Positions 51,466-61,988 of a stretch of DNA of 64,000 nt are shown here, one piece after another (the stretch's first letter is position 1; every line of letters starts with the position of its first letter). The stretch is from Oculatellaceae cyanobacterium bins.114 (lineage in GTDB: Bacteria; Cyanobacteriota; Cyanobacteriia; Elainellales; Elainellaceae). The notes below the pieces were generated by a model, which saw only the letters and a program-made list of their open reading frames with translations, was not told where the DNA came from and did no database searches. A program made the translations under genes and the position numbers. The stretch lies in contig JANRJA010000092.1 in the NCBI GenBank assembly GCA_033764315.1, forward strand, positions 13,304-77,303, written 5' to 3'.

Positions 51466-51654
51466 ATGACCCAAGTAATTCTTGGTGAAGATGAAGGGAT
51501 TGAATCAGGACTCCGTCGGTTCAAGCGAAAAGTATCTCAAGCGGGTATCTTTCCTGACATGAGAAAAAATCGCCATTTTGAAACCCCCATTGAGAAGCGT
51601 AAGCGCAAAGCAGTTGCTAGAAGAAAGCAACGTCGGAGACGGACAGCCTACTAG
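51466..51654 (+). CDS. rpsU: 30S ribosomal protein S21
   Basis: [24 protein letters not shown]...[12 protein letters not shown]. Confidence 0.95.
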   Translation: MTQVILGEDEGIESGLRRFKRKVSQAGIFPDMRKNRHFETPIEKRKRKAVARRKQRRRRTAY

Positions 51655-51804
51655 CTTTGAGACTGATTTCTGTGAGACTGGTCGCGTTGACTGACGCCAG
51701 TTGATCGGCTCAACAGAAATCAGCCAAGCAGTCGCTCTTTATATTTTCAAAAAATTAGAGTCACTCATATTCGAGTTCCAGTTCTACACCATTCCAACAC
51801 TGTT

Positions 51805-52113
51805 ATGAAAATTTCAGAGCTTATTAGTCGGTACAGAGCGGGGCAACGAGACTTTAGAAACCTGAATCTGATGGCAGTTAACTTGAGAAATCTCAACCTG
51901 AGTGGTGCAAATTTCAGTGGCGCAAACTTAACGAATGCAAACCTGACCAAAACAAATCTCAGCCAAGTTAATCTCTCAGACGCTATCTTGACTGGGGCAA
52001 AGATGACTGAAACAAAACTAATCATGGCAGACTTAACGAACGCCAATTTGAGTGATGTCGATCTCAGTCAAGCTGATCTGCGGGGTGCTATCTTGCGAGG
52101 AATGGTCAATTAG
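51805..52113 (+). CDS. Pentapeptide repeat protein
   Basis: YRAGQRDF followed by A(N/D)L(S/T)x repeats. Confidence 0.85.
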   Translation: MKISELISRYRAGQRDFRNLNLMAVNLRNLNLSGANFSGANLTNANLTKTNLSQVNLSDAILTGAKMTETKLIMADLTNANLSDVDLSQADLRGAILRGMVN

Positions 52114-52202
52114 GTCTAACACTACGACTCGACTGAGTTCATTCATACGTAATCACAATCACCAAGGAGTGCAAGTATCGTTTCTAAAGAGGTTCAGTTG
52201 TC

Positions 52203-52745
52203 ATGACGCCAGCAGCAATACGCAGAATATCTCAACTCAGGGGAGAATTCTATGAGCTATTTGCTATAGCCATGAAACTATCAGTCCACATTACGAGCGG
52301 ACATGCATCTGCTAGTAATCCTTCGATCGCATCTTGGGTTGATAGCCGACAACGATTGAATTATTTATATGTCTATGCTTTTACAGCACCCGATGATTTA
52401 GTCCCTCAGCGTCCGTTTGTGTTACGAGTCGCAATTAATAAAAGTGCTGGCACTCCTGCAACGGCTAGTCGAGAAAAAGGATGCCGTGGATTTAATCGAA
52501 GTTGGCATTTTGAATTAACTCTGTTACCAGAAGAAATCTTAGATTTTCTTCCTTGGATTGTTAGTTTGATCAAGGCATATGATAGCAATTTTGCGTCTAT
52601 CGTTCCTGATCCACCCCATCCACTCGATTGTCCAACCGCTGATTTAGCCCTGTTTCACAAAGCACGGACTTATACGGCATCTGATCAACTCTTAAAACAT
52701 AATGAAGATGCAGGATGGTCTTTGTTACTGGCTGAACTCTCATAA
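52203..52745 (+). CDS. Hypothetical protein
   Basis: ORF track only. Confidence 0.55.
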   Translation: MTPAAIRRISQLRGEFYELFAIAMKLSVHITSGHASASNPSIASWVDSRQRLNYLYVYAFTAPDDLVPQRPFVLRVAINKSAGTPATASREKGCRGFNRSWHFELTLLPEEILDFLPWIVSLIKAYDSNFASIVPDPPHPLDCPTADLALFHKARTYTASDQLLKHNEDAGWSLLLAELS

Positions 52746-52882
52746 TGAGAGTTACCTAGGACACTGGGCTTTTTTTGGTTGTGCCGTTTGAGTCGAGAAC
52801 GACTTTAAGGCGTTCCATTAATTCATTACTGCGTTACGCTGGTAGTGTTACACTCAACTTTTTTGAATTTAAAGAGGCAACT

Positions 52883-53371
52883 ATTATCGCTACAAAACAA
52901 CTGATTAACCGTCAAATCAGATCCCCTCAGGTTCTTCTCATCGATCATGAGAACAACAACCACGGTTTGACAGACACCCGTGAGGCACTGCAACTTGCTG
53001 TTAATGCAGGACTCGATCTTGTCGTCGTCTCGGAGGGTAAAGATGCTCCGGTGGCTAAGATCTTGGATTATGGAAAGCATCAGTATCAGCAGAAAAAGCG
53101 GCAGCGTCAAAGTGCTCGATCAACCGTCAAAGAAGTCAGACTTCGTCCAAATGTTGGAGAATCTGATTACAAATTACGTATTGACTGGGCGATTGAATGG
53201 TTGAGCAAGGGTGATTCAGTGAAGTTTCAGATCCGATTGCGGGGTCGAGAACATCAAAATCGCGATCGCGCTACAGAATTGCTAGACCGCATTGTTGCAG
53301 ACTTAGGGCAGGCAGGCAAAGTGCAGGCACTCGATAAACGAGCACTGATTGTTCAGCTTACTCCAGGCTAA
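52883..53371 (+). CDS. infC: Translation initiation factor IF-3, probable ATT (or ATC 52886) start
   Basis: INRQIRSPQV, PVAKILDYGK, VKEVRLRP, LRGRE; GAGG upstream of in-frame ATT; no in-frame ATG. Confidence 0.9.
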   Translation: MIATKQLINRQIRSPQVLLIDHENNNHGLTDTREALQLAVNAGLDLVVVSEGKDAPVAKILDYGKHQYQQKKRQRQSARSTVKEVRLRPNVGESDYKLRIDWAIEWLSKGDSVKFQIRLRGREHQNRDRATELLDRIVADLGQAGKVQALDKRALIVQLTPG

Positions 53372-53605
53372 ATTGATTCATACGTTCACTTCAATTTCAT
53401 CGATCTCAGGCGGGATGTATGGCAGTGTCATACATCCCATCATTTTTACGAGCCTTTTTACGAGACTCAGTATTTAGCCCAAGCGTTGGAAGAAAGAGCT
53501 GTAGCCACACGGGTTAAAACGCTAAACTTGCGGGGGGATCTGCTCCTGATCTTGCCCTAACCCATAAAGCTGTTGCCCTAGAGAAATGAGTCGCTTCAGG
53601 AGGTC

Positions 53606-54955
53606 ATGCCAATGGAAACGAACCCGTTAGAGAGCCTTACTGCTCCAGCGAACTATGATCTATTTGTATTCGGAGATAGTTTGTCCGACACAGGTCATAT
53701 TTTTCGACTCAGTGGTGGCTTGTTTCCACCACCTCCCTACTTTAACGGCCGCTTCTCTAACGGAGCAGTTGCGGTAGAATCATTAGCCACATCGCTTGGT
53801 TTAGGCTATCAAACCACTAACTTTGCCTTGGGTGGGGCGCGATCAGGGCGCACCAATCTTTTTGATAACCCTGCGTTTCAGGTGGGTGGCTTGTTAGATC
53901 AGATCGATCGCTTCAAGGCTCAAGCCATCCCATTAGGAGCAGGTGCTGAGGATCTATATTTTATCTGGGTTGGGGCAAACGACTTCTTGGATTCATCCAA
54001 TCCTGACACTACAGCGACTTTGAATACTGCCGTTGCAAACATAGCAACAGCCGTAACCACACTGGCACAATCTGGAGCCAAAAATATTGTGGTGGTGCAA
54101 ACACCAAACTTGGGTAGAACTCCACTGGCTGTAGAACAAGGATTGCTGCAACCCCTGACTCAGGTCAGCCTTGCTTTTAACGCTGCACTGGCATCAACCC
54201 TGACTCCTTTAGAAGCGTCTTTAGGTGGAGCCAATATTATCCTTGCAGATTTGTTTGCGATCGCCGAGAATATTGCTCAAAATCCAGCATCCTTTGGCTT
54301 TACTGATGTCACCACACCTTATGTCAGTACTGTCTTTCCACAAAACCCAACGGCTGATCCCAGCCCATTCTTTTTCTGGGATCGGACGCATCCCACAACA
54401 CGAGGACACGCCCTCTTTGCAAACGTGTTGCGCCGCGATGTGATTGCAGGCATCACTGATAACGTGGTGCGAATCGGGACAGCAGCAGCAGAACGGCTAG
54501 TCGGCTTTAGCGGCAACGACCGTCTGCGTGGCTTAGCAGGGGCAGATGTCTTAGAGGGTAATGCCGGACGAGATGCCCTGTTGGGAGGTGCTGGAACGGA
54601 TGTGATAGTCGGAGGCGGGGGCAACGATCAACTCACCGGAGGGGAAGGGCAAGATACTCTGCGGGGGGGATTAGGAGCCGATCGCTTCATTTATACCGCA
54701 GTTGGCGATCGCAGCGATGTGATTGGTGATTTTCAGTCAGGTCGAGACTTGATTGATCTAAGAGTCGCGTTTAACCAACCGACCTATGCCCAAGGCGATC
54801 GCTTTGCGGCGTATGTAAGGGTAACGCAATTGGGCAGTGATACCATCGTCCGTTTTGACACAAATGGGGATACCTTAGGTGGATTTGCAACTTTGGCACG
54901 CTTATCTAACGTTGTGGCTGGAACTTTAAATGCGTCTAGTTTCTTACTGGGGTAA
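53606..54955 (+). CDS. SGNH/GDSL hydrolase with RTX Ca-binding repeats
   Basis: FGDSLSD, GRFSNG, GAND, WDRTHPT; GGxGxD repeats. Confidence 0.9.
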   Translation: MPMETNPLESLTAPANYDLFVFGDSLSDTGHIFRLSGGLFPPPPYFNGRFSNGAVAVESLATSLGLGYQTTNFALGGARSGRTNLFDNPAFQVGGLLDQIDRFKAQAIPLGAGAEDLYFIWVGANDFLDSSNPDTTATLNTAVANIATAVTTLAQSGAKNIVVVQTPNLGRTPLAVEQGLLQPLTQVSLAFNAALASTLTPLEASLGGANIILADLFAIAENIAQNPASFGFTDVTTPYVSTVFPQNPTADPSPFFFWDRTHPTTRGHALFANVLRRDVIAGITDNVVRIGTAAAERLVGFSGNDRLRGLAGADVLEGNAGRDALLGGAGTDVIVGGGGNDQLTGGEGQDTLRGGLGADRFIYTAVGDRSDVIGDFQSGRDLIDLRVAFNQPTYAQGDRFAAYVRVTQLGSDTIVRFDTNGDTLGGFATLARLSNVVAGTLNASSFLLG

Positions 54956-55184
54956 TAGCATCAGGCATCTTCAGAGCCAAACCTGATTTCCCACCCCCTC
55001 ATGGATAAGCGTGTAGTCACTGAGCGTGTGGTCACTGAGCTGTGTTAAAGTGCCAAACCACTTCCCCTAAACCCAATTTCACAGAACACAGATTGATTTC
55101 CAAATTCTTCCTAATCAGACGCTTTAGGATGGTCTGGATAACTACTGCCCCTAATCATCTATATGACTTGACTGGAGAATTGCT

Positions 55185-55424
55185 GTGTACCAAATTTCAC
55201 GAGAAGAAATTGACCTCCTAAAGAGTGCGCCCCTCGATCATTTAGAAATTTTGCAAGCGGTATCAACCGTGATTACACACGGAGAATCACAAGATTTTTA
55301 TGTGGGGTTTTTGAGTGCTCTCAAGCTTGCAACTGAAATGGCGCGATCGCATGATGTCACTGATAATGCGTTTTATTTATCGATGACTGCACTTGCCCGC
55401 AAAACAGTTGAGTATATTAATTAG
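55185..55424 (+). CDS. Small hypothetical protein
   Basis: GGAG RBS, GTG start. Confidence 0.5.
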   Translation: MYQISREEIDLLKSAPLDHLEILQAVSTVITHGESQDFYVGFLSALKLATEMARSHDVTDNAFYLSMTALARKTVEYIN

Positions 55425-55535
55425 TCAAATAATTGACATGAGGTCGTGCAACACGATACATCATGAGTCATTCAGCACAAACCGTACAACGATGCAAAGT
55501 TTTCTAAATTTTTCATTTTATCTGCACAAGGAGGG

Positions 55536-56510
55536 ATGAGCGTGGATGTCAGTTTAGTTGTGTCCAATATTCTCAATCCACCCATCCTGTTCTTTTTTCT
55601 GGGAATGATAGCTGTTCTGGTTAAATCTGACCTCGAAATTCCCCCACCCGTACCCAAGCTGTTTTCATTGTATTTACTGCTTGCGATCGGCTTTAAAGGC
55701 GGAGTGGAGTTGGTCAAAAGTGGGGTGACTCAAGAAGTTGTTTTTACACTTCTGGCTGCCATTTTGATGGCGTGCTTTGTCCCGTTTTACACCTTTTTTA
55801 TTCTCAAGTTAAAGCTAGACACCTACGATGCAGCGGCGATCGCGGCAACCTATGGCTCTATTAGTGCTGTCACATTCATTACAGCAACAGCTTTTTTGGG
55901 CGAGTTAGGCATTCCAACAGATGGATACATGGTGGCGGCTCTTGCCTTGATGGAGTCCCCCGCAATCATTGTGGGACTCATTCTCGTCAATCTTTTTGCG
56001 GTCGATGAAAAACGTGAGTTCTCTTGGCCTGAGGTGTTGCGTGATGCATTTCTTAACAGTTCAGTTTTCTTACTGGTTGGCAGTCTGGTAATTGGCTTTC
56101 TGACTGGAGAGCACGGCTGGGAAGTATTAGAACCCTTTACTCAAGGCATGTTTTATGGCGTTTTGACCTTCTTTTTGCTGGATATGGGGCTTGTCGCCGC
56201 CAAAAGAATTAAGGACTTGCAAAAAACAGGCATTTTCCTCATCTCATTTGCCATACTGATTCCTATAGTCAACGCAGGCATTGGATTGCTCATTGCTAAG
56301 TTGATCCACATGCCTCAAGGGGATGCACTCTTGTTTGCGGTCTTGTGTGCGAGTGCCTCTTATATCGCTGTTCCAGCAGCTATGCGGTTAACTGTTCCTG
56401 AAGCAAATCCTAGCTTATACGTTTCGACTGCCTTGGCGGTCACATTTCCGTTCAATATCATCGTGGGAATTCCGCTCTATTTATATGGAATTAACCTTCT
56501 GTGGAGGTAA
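55536..56510 (+). CDS. sbtA: Sodium-dependent bicarbonate transporter
   Basis: YLLLAIGFKGG, YGSISAVTF, SASYIAVPAA, TFPFN. Confidence 0.88.
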   Translation: MSVDVSLVVSNILNPPILFFFLGMIAVLVKSDLEIPPPVPKLFSLYLLLAIGFKGGVELVKSGVTQEVVFTLLAAILMACFVPFYTFFILKLKLDTYDAAAIAATYGSISAVTFITATAFLGELGIPTDGYMVAALALMESPAIIVGLILVNLFAVDEKREFSWPEVLRDAFLNSSVFLLVGSLVIGFLTGEHGWEVLEPFTQGMFYGVLTFFLLDMGLVAAKRIKDLQKTGIFLISFAILIPIVNAGIGLLIAKLIHMPQGDALLFAVLCASASYIAVPAAMRLTVPEANPSLYVSTALAVTFPFNIIVGIPLYLYGINLLWR

Positions 56511-56516
56511 CTTAGT

Positions 56517-56825
56517 ATGCATTTGATGAAAAGAATCGAGATCATTGCAAACTCATTTGAGTTAACCAAAATCTTGGAAAGTTTAGATAAATCTGGTGTG
56601 CATGGTCATGCTGTGATTCGCAATGTGGTGGGCAAAGGAATGCGGGGTGAAGAAGACTTAGACATGACCATGCTCGATAATGTCTATATTCTCGCGTTTT
56701 GTCTACCCGACGATATCAAGTCTGTTGTTGAAAACCTGCGACCTTTGCTGAATAAATTTGGAGGAACCTGTTACATCTCAGATGTGATGGAAATCAGTTC
56801 AATGAGATGTGTGGCATCGCTTTAA
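56517..56825 (+). CDS. sbtB: PII-like regulator SbtB
   Basis: KRIEII, VVGKGMRG, C-terminal Cys pair; directly follows sbtA. Confidence 0.85.
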   Translation: MHLMKRIEIIANSFELTKILESLDKSGVHGHAVIRNVVGKGMRGEEDLDMTMLDNVYILAFCLPDDIKSVVENLRPLLNKFGGTCYISDVMEISSMRCVASL

Positions 56826-56882
56826 TCTGCTCTGCAACTGAAAACAGAGACCTCACCAAACAAAGAGCTTAAATAGGAACCA

Positions 56883-57335
56883 ATGACGGATGATCAGGTT
56901 TTTGGATTCATATTTTTGCTAGGCTCACTTTGGTGTGTCTACACTTTTCGGAGCTATTCAAGCCCTTGGAGACAATTAGCTAAGTTTTATAAAACTCGTA
57001 GAACACCCCATCCTCATCCATATTCTTGTATATTTCCATTTCAAAGTATTCAATTTGGATCGAGATACTACAAGAGCGTTATAAACATAGGTATTTCAGA
57101 CAGGGGGCTTTATCTTGCTATACCAATACCCCTCAATCTGCTGGTTCTATTCAATCCACCTTTGTTAATTCCTTGGGCTTCTATTCAAACCATCCGTCAA
57201 ATTGGTGGTTTTCTCTCTGGAGAAAGGTATGAAATATCTGTTAAGTGTGAGGCAAGAAACGAAGATTCTATTGCATTCTTAGTCTCAGGAGATCCGATTA
57301 AACATGCAAAGGCTGTACTGGCGGGTCGTTATTAA
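56883..57335 (+). CDS. Hypothetical membrane protein
   Basis: N-terminal TM; GLYL...FNPPLLIPW. Confidence 0.6.
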   Translation: MTDDQVFGFIFLLGSLWCVYTFRSYSSPWRQLAKFYKTRRTPHPHPYSCIFPFQSIQFGSRYYKSVINIGISDRGLYLAIPIPLNLLVLFNPPLLIPWASIQTIRQIGGFLSGERYEISVKCEARNEDSIAFLVSGDPIKHAKAVLAGRY

Positions 57336-57391
57336 ACGTTAAGGACTAATGTTTTAACTCATTCACCGATTGAACTTACCGATATTGTCTT

Positions 57392-58114
57392 ATGAACTGC
57401 AACAACGATTCTATCCAACGTCGCGATTTTCTCCGCCTTGGAACGGCTGGTGTACTGGGACTTTCTGGGATAGCCAGTGTTTTAGGACAAAGTCAGCCAG
57501 CTCACGCCGCTGATGTGACATCGGATCCCATCCTAGATCCCACAGCGGCACTGCAAAAGTTGCTGGATGGCAATCAACGCTTTGTGCAACATCGACCACA
57601 GTATCCCGATCAGTCTCAAGTCCGCTTACAGGCAGTAGCTCAGGCACAACACCCATTCGCAACGGTTTTGAGTTGCGCTGATTCACGAGTTCCGGTTGAG
57701 CTGATTTTTGATCAGGGCATTGGGGATATTTTTGATGTGCGAATTGCGGGCAATATTTCCACCCCAGAGGCGTTGGGAAGTATTGAATACGCCGCTGTTT
57801 TGTTGGGCACTCCAGTATTGATGGTATTGGGCCACGAACGCTGTGGAGCGGTCACGGCCGCTGTGAAAGGCGAGGCATTGCCCGGTGACATCGGTAGCTT
57901 TGTCAAAGCCATTTTGCCTGCAGTAGAGCGGGTCAAGGGACAATCGGGTGATGCTGTCGAGAATGCAGTCGTTGCAAATGTGCATTATCAAATTGAACAG
58001 TTGAAGCGATCGCCCCTTTTGACTGAGCGGCTAGAGTCTGGTCAGTTAAAGATTGTGGGCGGTCGATATGACCTGGACACGGGCAGTGTCACAGTTGTCA
58101 CTCGCTCATCATAA
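57392..58114 (+). CDS. Beta-class carbonic anhydrase with Tat signal (EcaB-like)
   Basis: QRRDFL Tat motif; CADSR; HERCGA. Confidence 0.9.
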   Translation: MNCNNDSIQRRDFLRLGTAGVLGLSGIASVLGQSQPAHAADVTSDPILDPTAALQKLLDGNQRFVQHRPQYPDQSQVRLQAVAQAQHPFATVLSCADSRVPVELIFDQGIGDIFDVRIAGNISTPEALGSIEYAAVLLGTPVLMVLGHERCGAVTAAVKGEALPGDIGSFVKAILPAVERVKGQSGDAVENAVVANVHYQIEQLKRSPLLTERLESGQLKIVGGRYDLDTGSVTVVTRSS

Positions 58115-58195
58115 ATCCTCTCTTAGGAGAGATAGACAATTACCAGTTGACGATCGACTATCAACAATGGACGATTGACAGCTAGGTAAGAACCT

Positions 58196-59089
58196 GTGAT
58201 TACGCTAGAAAATTCTGAATTGCAATTAATCATTAGACCCGATCTAGGGGGACGCATCGATCAGTTAGTCGATCGCCAGACGAGCCGTTCTTGGCTTTGG
58301 CATCCTCCCGGTTATGATTCCACCCAAACGCGATCGCTCTCAGTCGGTGACTCGTTTGATGAGCATTGGACAGGGGGATGGGATGAGATGTTTCCGAATG
58401 ATGGGGCAGGACAGTTTCAGGGACGCGATCTGGTCGATCATGGGGAGGTGTGGTCTCAGAAGTGGGATGTGATTGAGTCATCCTCTTGCCATGTGAAATT
58501 GGCGTATCAGTGTCATACAGTGCCCGTACGAGTCGAAAAAACGATTCAACTGGATGCCAAACCGCAAGCAACTATTACCTATCAGTTTGAAAACACGTCG
58601 GCTGACCCGATTCCGTTTTTACTCAAACAACACTGCGCGATCGCCATCGAACCCGGAGACGAGATTTTGCTCCCCAACTGTGTGGTTGAGCCTGCCTTTT
58701 TAGACTTCAGCAAAATTATTGGTCGTCAAGCTAAAACTCCTTTTCCTAAAGCATTTGCAGCCGATGGCAGTGAAGTCGATCTTCGCATCACCCCGCCCGC
58801 ATCCTCTCAGTTGCAAGAGTTTTATTACACCTCAGAGTTAGCCGTTGGGGAATGTGGTATTCGCCATGCGCGATCGCACTCCACATTACTCATGCAGTTT
58901 GATCTGACTGACTTTCCTTACGTGTGGGTGTTTCAAAGTTATGGTGGTTGGCGCGATTATTATGTGTTGGTAATGGAACCCTGCACTACCCTGCCCTTTG
59001 ACCTGGCTGAGGCCTATGAAAAGGGCACTACAGCCATTCTCAAACCCCATGAGATACAGCGGCGATCACTAACGGTATCGATTGTTTGA
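58196..59089 (+). CDS. Aldose 1-epimerase/galactose mutarotase-like protein
   Basis: GGWDEMFP, DHGEVW, MEPCT. Confidence 0.7.
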   Translation: MITLENSELQLIIRPDLGGRIDQLVDRQTSRSWLWHPPGYDSTQTRSLSVGDSFDEHWTGGWDEMFPNDGAGQFQGRDLVDHGEVWSQKWDVIESSSCHVKLAYQCHTVPVRVEKTIQLDAKPQATITYQFENTSADPIPFLLKQHCAIAIEPGDEILLPNCVVEPAFLDFSKIIGRQAKTPFPKAFAADGSEVDLRITPPASSQLQEFYYTSELAVGECGIRHARSHSTLLMQFDLTDFPYVWVFQSYGGWRDYYVLVMEPCTTLPFDLAEAYEKGTTAILKPHEIQRRSLTVSIV

Positions 59090-59097
59090 GCGAATTT

Positions 59098-59173
59098 ATA
59101 CCGATTGAAACGGATTATTGGTCAGTGCCAAGCCCGTACAGGGATTTGTCGTGTTTTCAATTCAGATTGGGTA
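59098..59173 (+). repeat. MITE-like dispersed repeat, internally deleted copy 3
   Basis: Matches both ends of 31592-31693. Confidence 0.7.
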
Positions 59174-59393
59174 GTCACAAATAATTAAAGATTTCCGCAG
59201 TGCCCCAGAGGGAAGGATGGTGGGAGAGTGAGAGAGTGCGAAATGCCCACGCTCTCACTCTCGATTTCTTAATCCCTATCCTTACCTAAATAGGACTACC
59301 AAGATTTCATAAATTTTTGGTAAATTTACTGAGAGGTAAGACGAAGTCAGCAGTAGACTGAGCAATATTCTCATATTTTTTCGTGAGGAAAAA

Positions 59394-60137
59394 ATGGAAA
59401 CTTTTTATTCTACTGCTATTAGTACTGTTGCTTTTTTCGCGGTTGTGGGGGCTTCTTTGCCTGCTCACGCGGCTCAACTCTCTGCGACTGTAACCGCTGA
59501 TAATCATTACGGACTCTATCATGGACAAGCAGATGGCTCAGGGTTGTCCTTTGTAGGACGAAACGAGGAAGGTGATGGTCATATCCCTGATGCCAACCCA
59601 CCGATTCCCAATGCAGCTTGTAGTGGAGCGTTTAACTGGCAATGCCCTGAAAGCTGGGCGTTTAGTGTTAACCCAAAGGATCATTTGTATGTCATTGCCT
59701 GGGATGATGGGGGTCCACAAAACTGGATTGGAGACTTTCAACTTCCGGATGGCAGTTTGCTCTTATCCAATACCACAGATTGGGAATACGCGATCGCAAG
59801 TGGCTCTAACCCCTTGAACGGCTCGATTCCCCCTTTGTTAAGTGTAGCGACAGAAATTGCAAGTGCGAGTTGGCAGGCTCCTCAAGCCTCTGCTCCTCAA
59901 GGCACTGCCCCTTGGGGGATCATTCCTAACATCTCTTCGTCAGCTCAATTTATTTGGCATGACACCCTTGCTGATACATCTCTCAGTGATGCAAACTATG
60001 TGATCTTTAGAAGTAAAGCTCCAGTTTTCTCTGCTCCCACTCCTCCTCCTGTTGGTGTTCCCGAACCTACTACTACTGCGGGTTTGGGCTTATTGGGGAT
60101 AGCTTACTTATTGAGTAAAAGGAAAAAGTTTTCCTAA
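59394..60137 (+). CDS. PEP-CTERM protein
   Basis: Signal peptide; VPEPTT + TM + KRKK. Confidence 0.9.
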   Translation: METFYSTAISTVAFFAVVGASLPAHAAQLSATVTADNHYGLYHGQADGSGLSFVGRNEEGDGHIPDANPPIPNAACSGAFNWQCPESWAFSVNPKDHLYVIAWDDGGPQNWIGDFQLPDGSLLLSNTTDWEYAIASGSNPLNGSIPPLLSVATEIASASWQAPQASAPQGTAPWGIIPNISSSAQFIWHDTLADTSLSDANYVIFRSKAPVFSAPTPPPVGVPEPTTTAGLGLLGIAYLLSKRKKFS

Positions 60138-60140
60138 CTC

Positions 60141-61871
60141 TTAAGAACGGGGAGGATTAGACAGAGCATCTTGGCAGCGTTGCAAAAAAAGTTGAGCGGC
60201 TTTGTCATGGGGAGCAATCTCTAATGCCTCTGCAAATGCCCCTATTGCCTGCCTAAACTTGCACTTGAGATAGAGCCTCCGTCCCTCATGATAGTGATCG
60301 ATTAGTTGTTGGCGATCGCGTGAAAGTGGCTCTGAGCGCAGTCCTAATACTTCATATAGCTGAACTGGAGCTCCCGACACTCCTTCAAGTGTGTCTAATT
60401 CTCGCACCCAAATTAAGTCAGCACAGGCATGATAGGTTGCCTCGCTGATCAAAATGTCGGTGCCATAGTCTTGATTGAGATCAGGGAGTTTAGCAGCAAA
60501 GTTGACCCCTGCCCCCGTCACTGTAAAATTCATTCGCTTGCTGGCACCCACATTGCCACTGACAACCCTGTCGGAGTGAATCCCGATTCCCTGTTGGAGG
60601 GCTGATTCTGGAGGGCGTCTGCTGTTGAATTCAATTAACCGTTGGCGCATCTCCAACGCCGTTTGCACTGCCAATCTGGCATGATCATCAACAGGCAGTG
60701 GTGCGCCATACACTGCCATGATGCGATCGCCAATGTACTTATCCAAAACGCCTTCATATAAAAACACAGCTTCCACCATTTCCTCAAAATATTGATTGAG
60801 AAACTCAACGATGGCTTCAGGCTCCATGTCTTGAGTCAATTCGTGGTAGTTGAGAATCGTGGAAAACAACATAGAAACAACTCTGCAACTGCCTCCTAAT
60901 CCAGTAGGGTAGTTCTGTATCACGTGCTCCACTTCGTCTTGCCCTACATAACGCATCAACAGATGCTTGAAGCGTTTTTCATCTGTGACATTTTGAAGAG
61001 TCAGTAGAACTTTAGAGACTCGATCGTTGCTCTCTTGCTCCACAATCGGTTGAACTGATAGATGAATGCTGACTGTTTCAGAACCTTTAAGTTGATAGAG
61101 GCTGTGGTCTGGGTAGTAAGCCTCGGCTGACGATCGCACTGCCTCATTAAACCAATCCGTAAAGTTGCCCGATCGCAATTGAATCAGGTCATAAATTAAA
61201 CACCCATCTATGGCACTGCTTGAGTCTAAGCCCAACAGAGACTTGGCCACTTGATTAACCATCAACACAGTTCCGGCTTGATCGGTGAGAATCACTCCAT
61301 CCAGAAGGAATTGCATGACCGTTTGTGAGAGATGAATCGCATCTGTTGCATCATGCACTGATTGAAGGGGATTCAGAAATGCGGTAATAACCGGAGCGAT
61401 CGCTCTAACAGTCTCTTGATCATTGACCGTAAATCCAGTGAGATCAACTCGTTTAGCCAAGGGCGCATCTGAGTGAGCATTGGGCTTAAGTTTATTGATT
61501 GCATTCACAATAGCCACAACTTCGTGATGGTGATTCACAAGTGGCATAACCAACAGTGTGTATGTTCGATACCCTGTTCTCTGATCTGTCTGTTGGATCA
61601 TGGCAGCACGAGGATCATCGTAACAATCGTAGGGAATCTGGATGATTTGATTTAACGCAACAGCTTCTCCTACAATTCCCTGATTGGCAGGAATGTTGAT
61701 TTGTATCCCTTCTGATTTCAGGGTTGAGGGAATGATAGTCCAGAGCAAATTTTGCTCAGCATTTAACAGAAAAAGTGTAACGCGATCGACATTCAATAAC
61801 TCCTTTAAACCAGCGTGAACTAGATGAAAGAACGAACTCCAAACAGGGTTGGTTTGTTGTGCATCAACCAT
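60141..61871 (-). CDS. GAF-PAS-adenylate cyclase-like protein, catalytically degenerate
   Basis: GAF with NKL motif, PAS, DKYIGD; FSTI in place of FSDI; AAKL in place of SRL; TPR-like tail. Confidence 0.85.
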   Translation of the reverse strand: MVDAQQTNPVWSSFFHLVHAGLKELLNVDRVTLFLLNAEQNLLWTIIPSTLKSEGIQINIPANQGIVGEAVALNQIIQIPYDCYDDPRAAMIQQTDQRTGYRTYTLLVMPLVNHHHEVVAIVNAINKLKPNAHSDAPLAKRVDLTGFTVNDQETVRAIAPVITAFLNPLQSVHDATDAIHLSQTVMQFLLDGVILTDQAGTVLMVNQVAKSLLGLDSSSAIDGCLIYDLIQLRSGNFTDWFNEAVRSSAEAYYPDHSLYQLKGSETVSIHLSVQPIVEQESNDRVSKVLLTLQNVTDEKRFKHLLMRYVGQDEVEHVIQNYPTGLGGSCRVVSMLFSTILNYHELTQDMEPEAIVEFLNQYFEEMVEAVFLYEGVLDKYIGDRIMAVYGAPLPVDDHARLAVQTALEMRQRLIEFNSRRPPESALQQGIGIHSDRVVSGNVGASKRMNFTVTGAGVNFAAKLPDLNQDYGTDILISEATYHACADLIWVRELDTLEGVSGAPVQLYEVLGLRSEPLSRDRQQLIDHYHEGRRLYLKCKFRQAIGAFAEALEIAPHDKAAQLFLQRCQDALSNPPRS

Positions 61872-61988
61872 AGGACAAGCAAGAGGATATCAGAGATGCC
61901 AGAATCTTAGCCGTTCTTTCTAACCATTCCTAATTACCGATACACTATTTTTACGTCCTTTCACACAAGGCTTTGGGTTTCAAGCACA

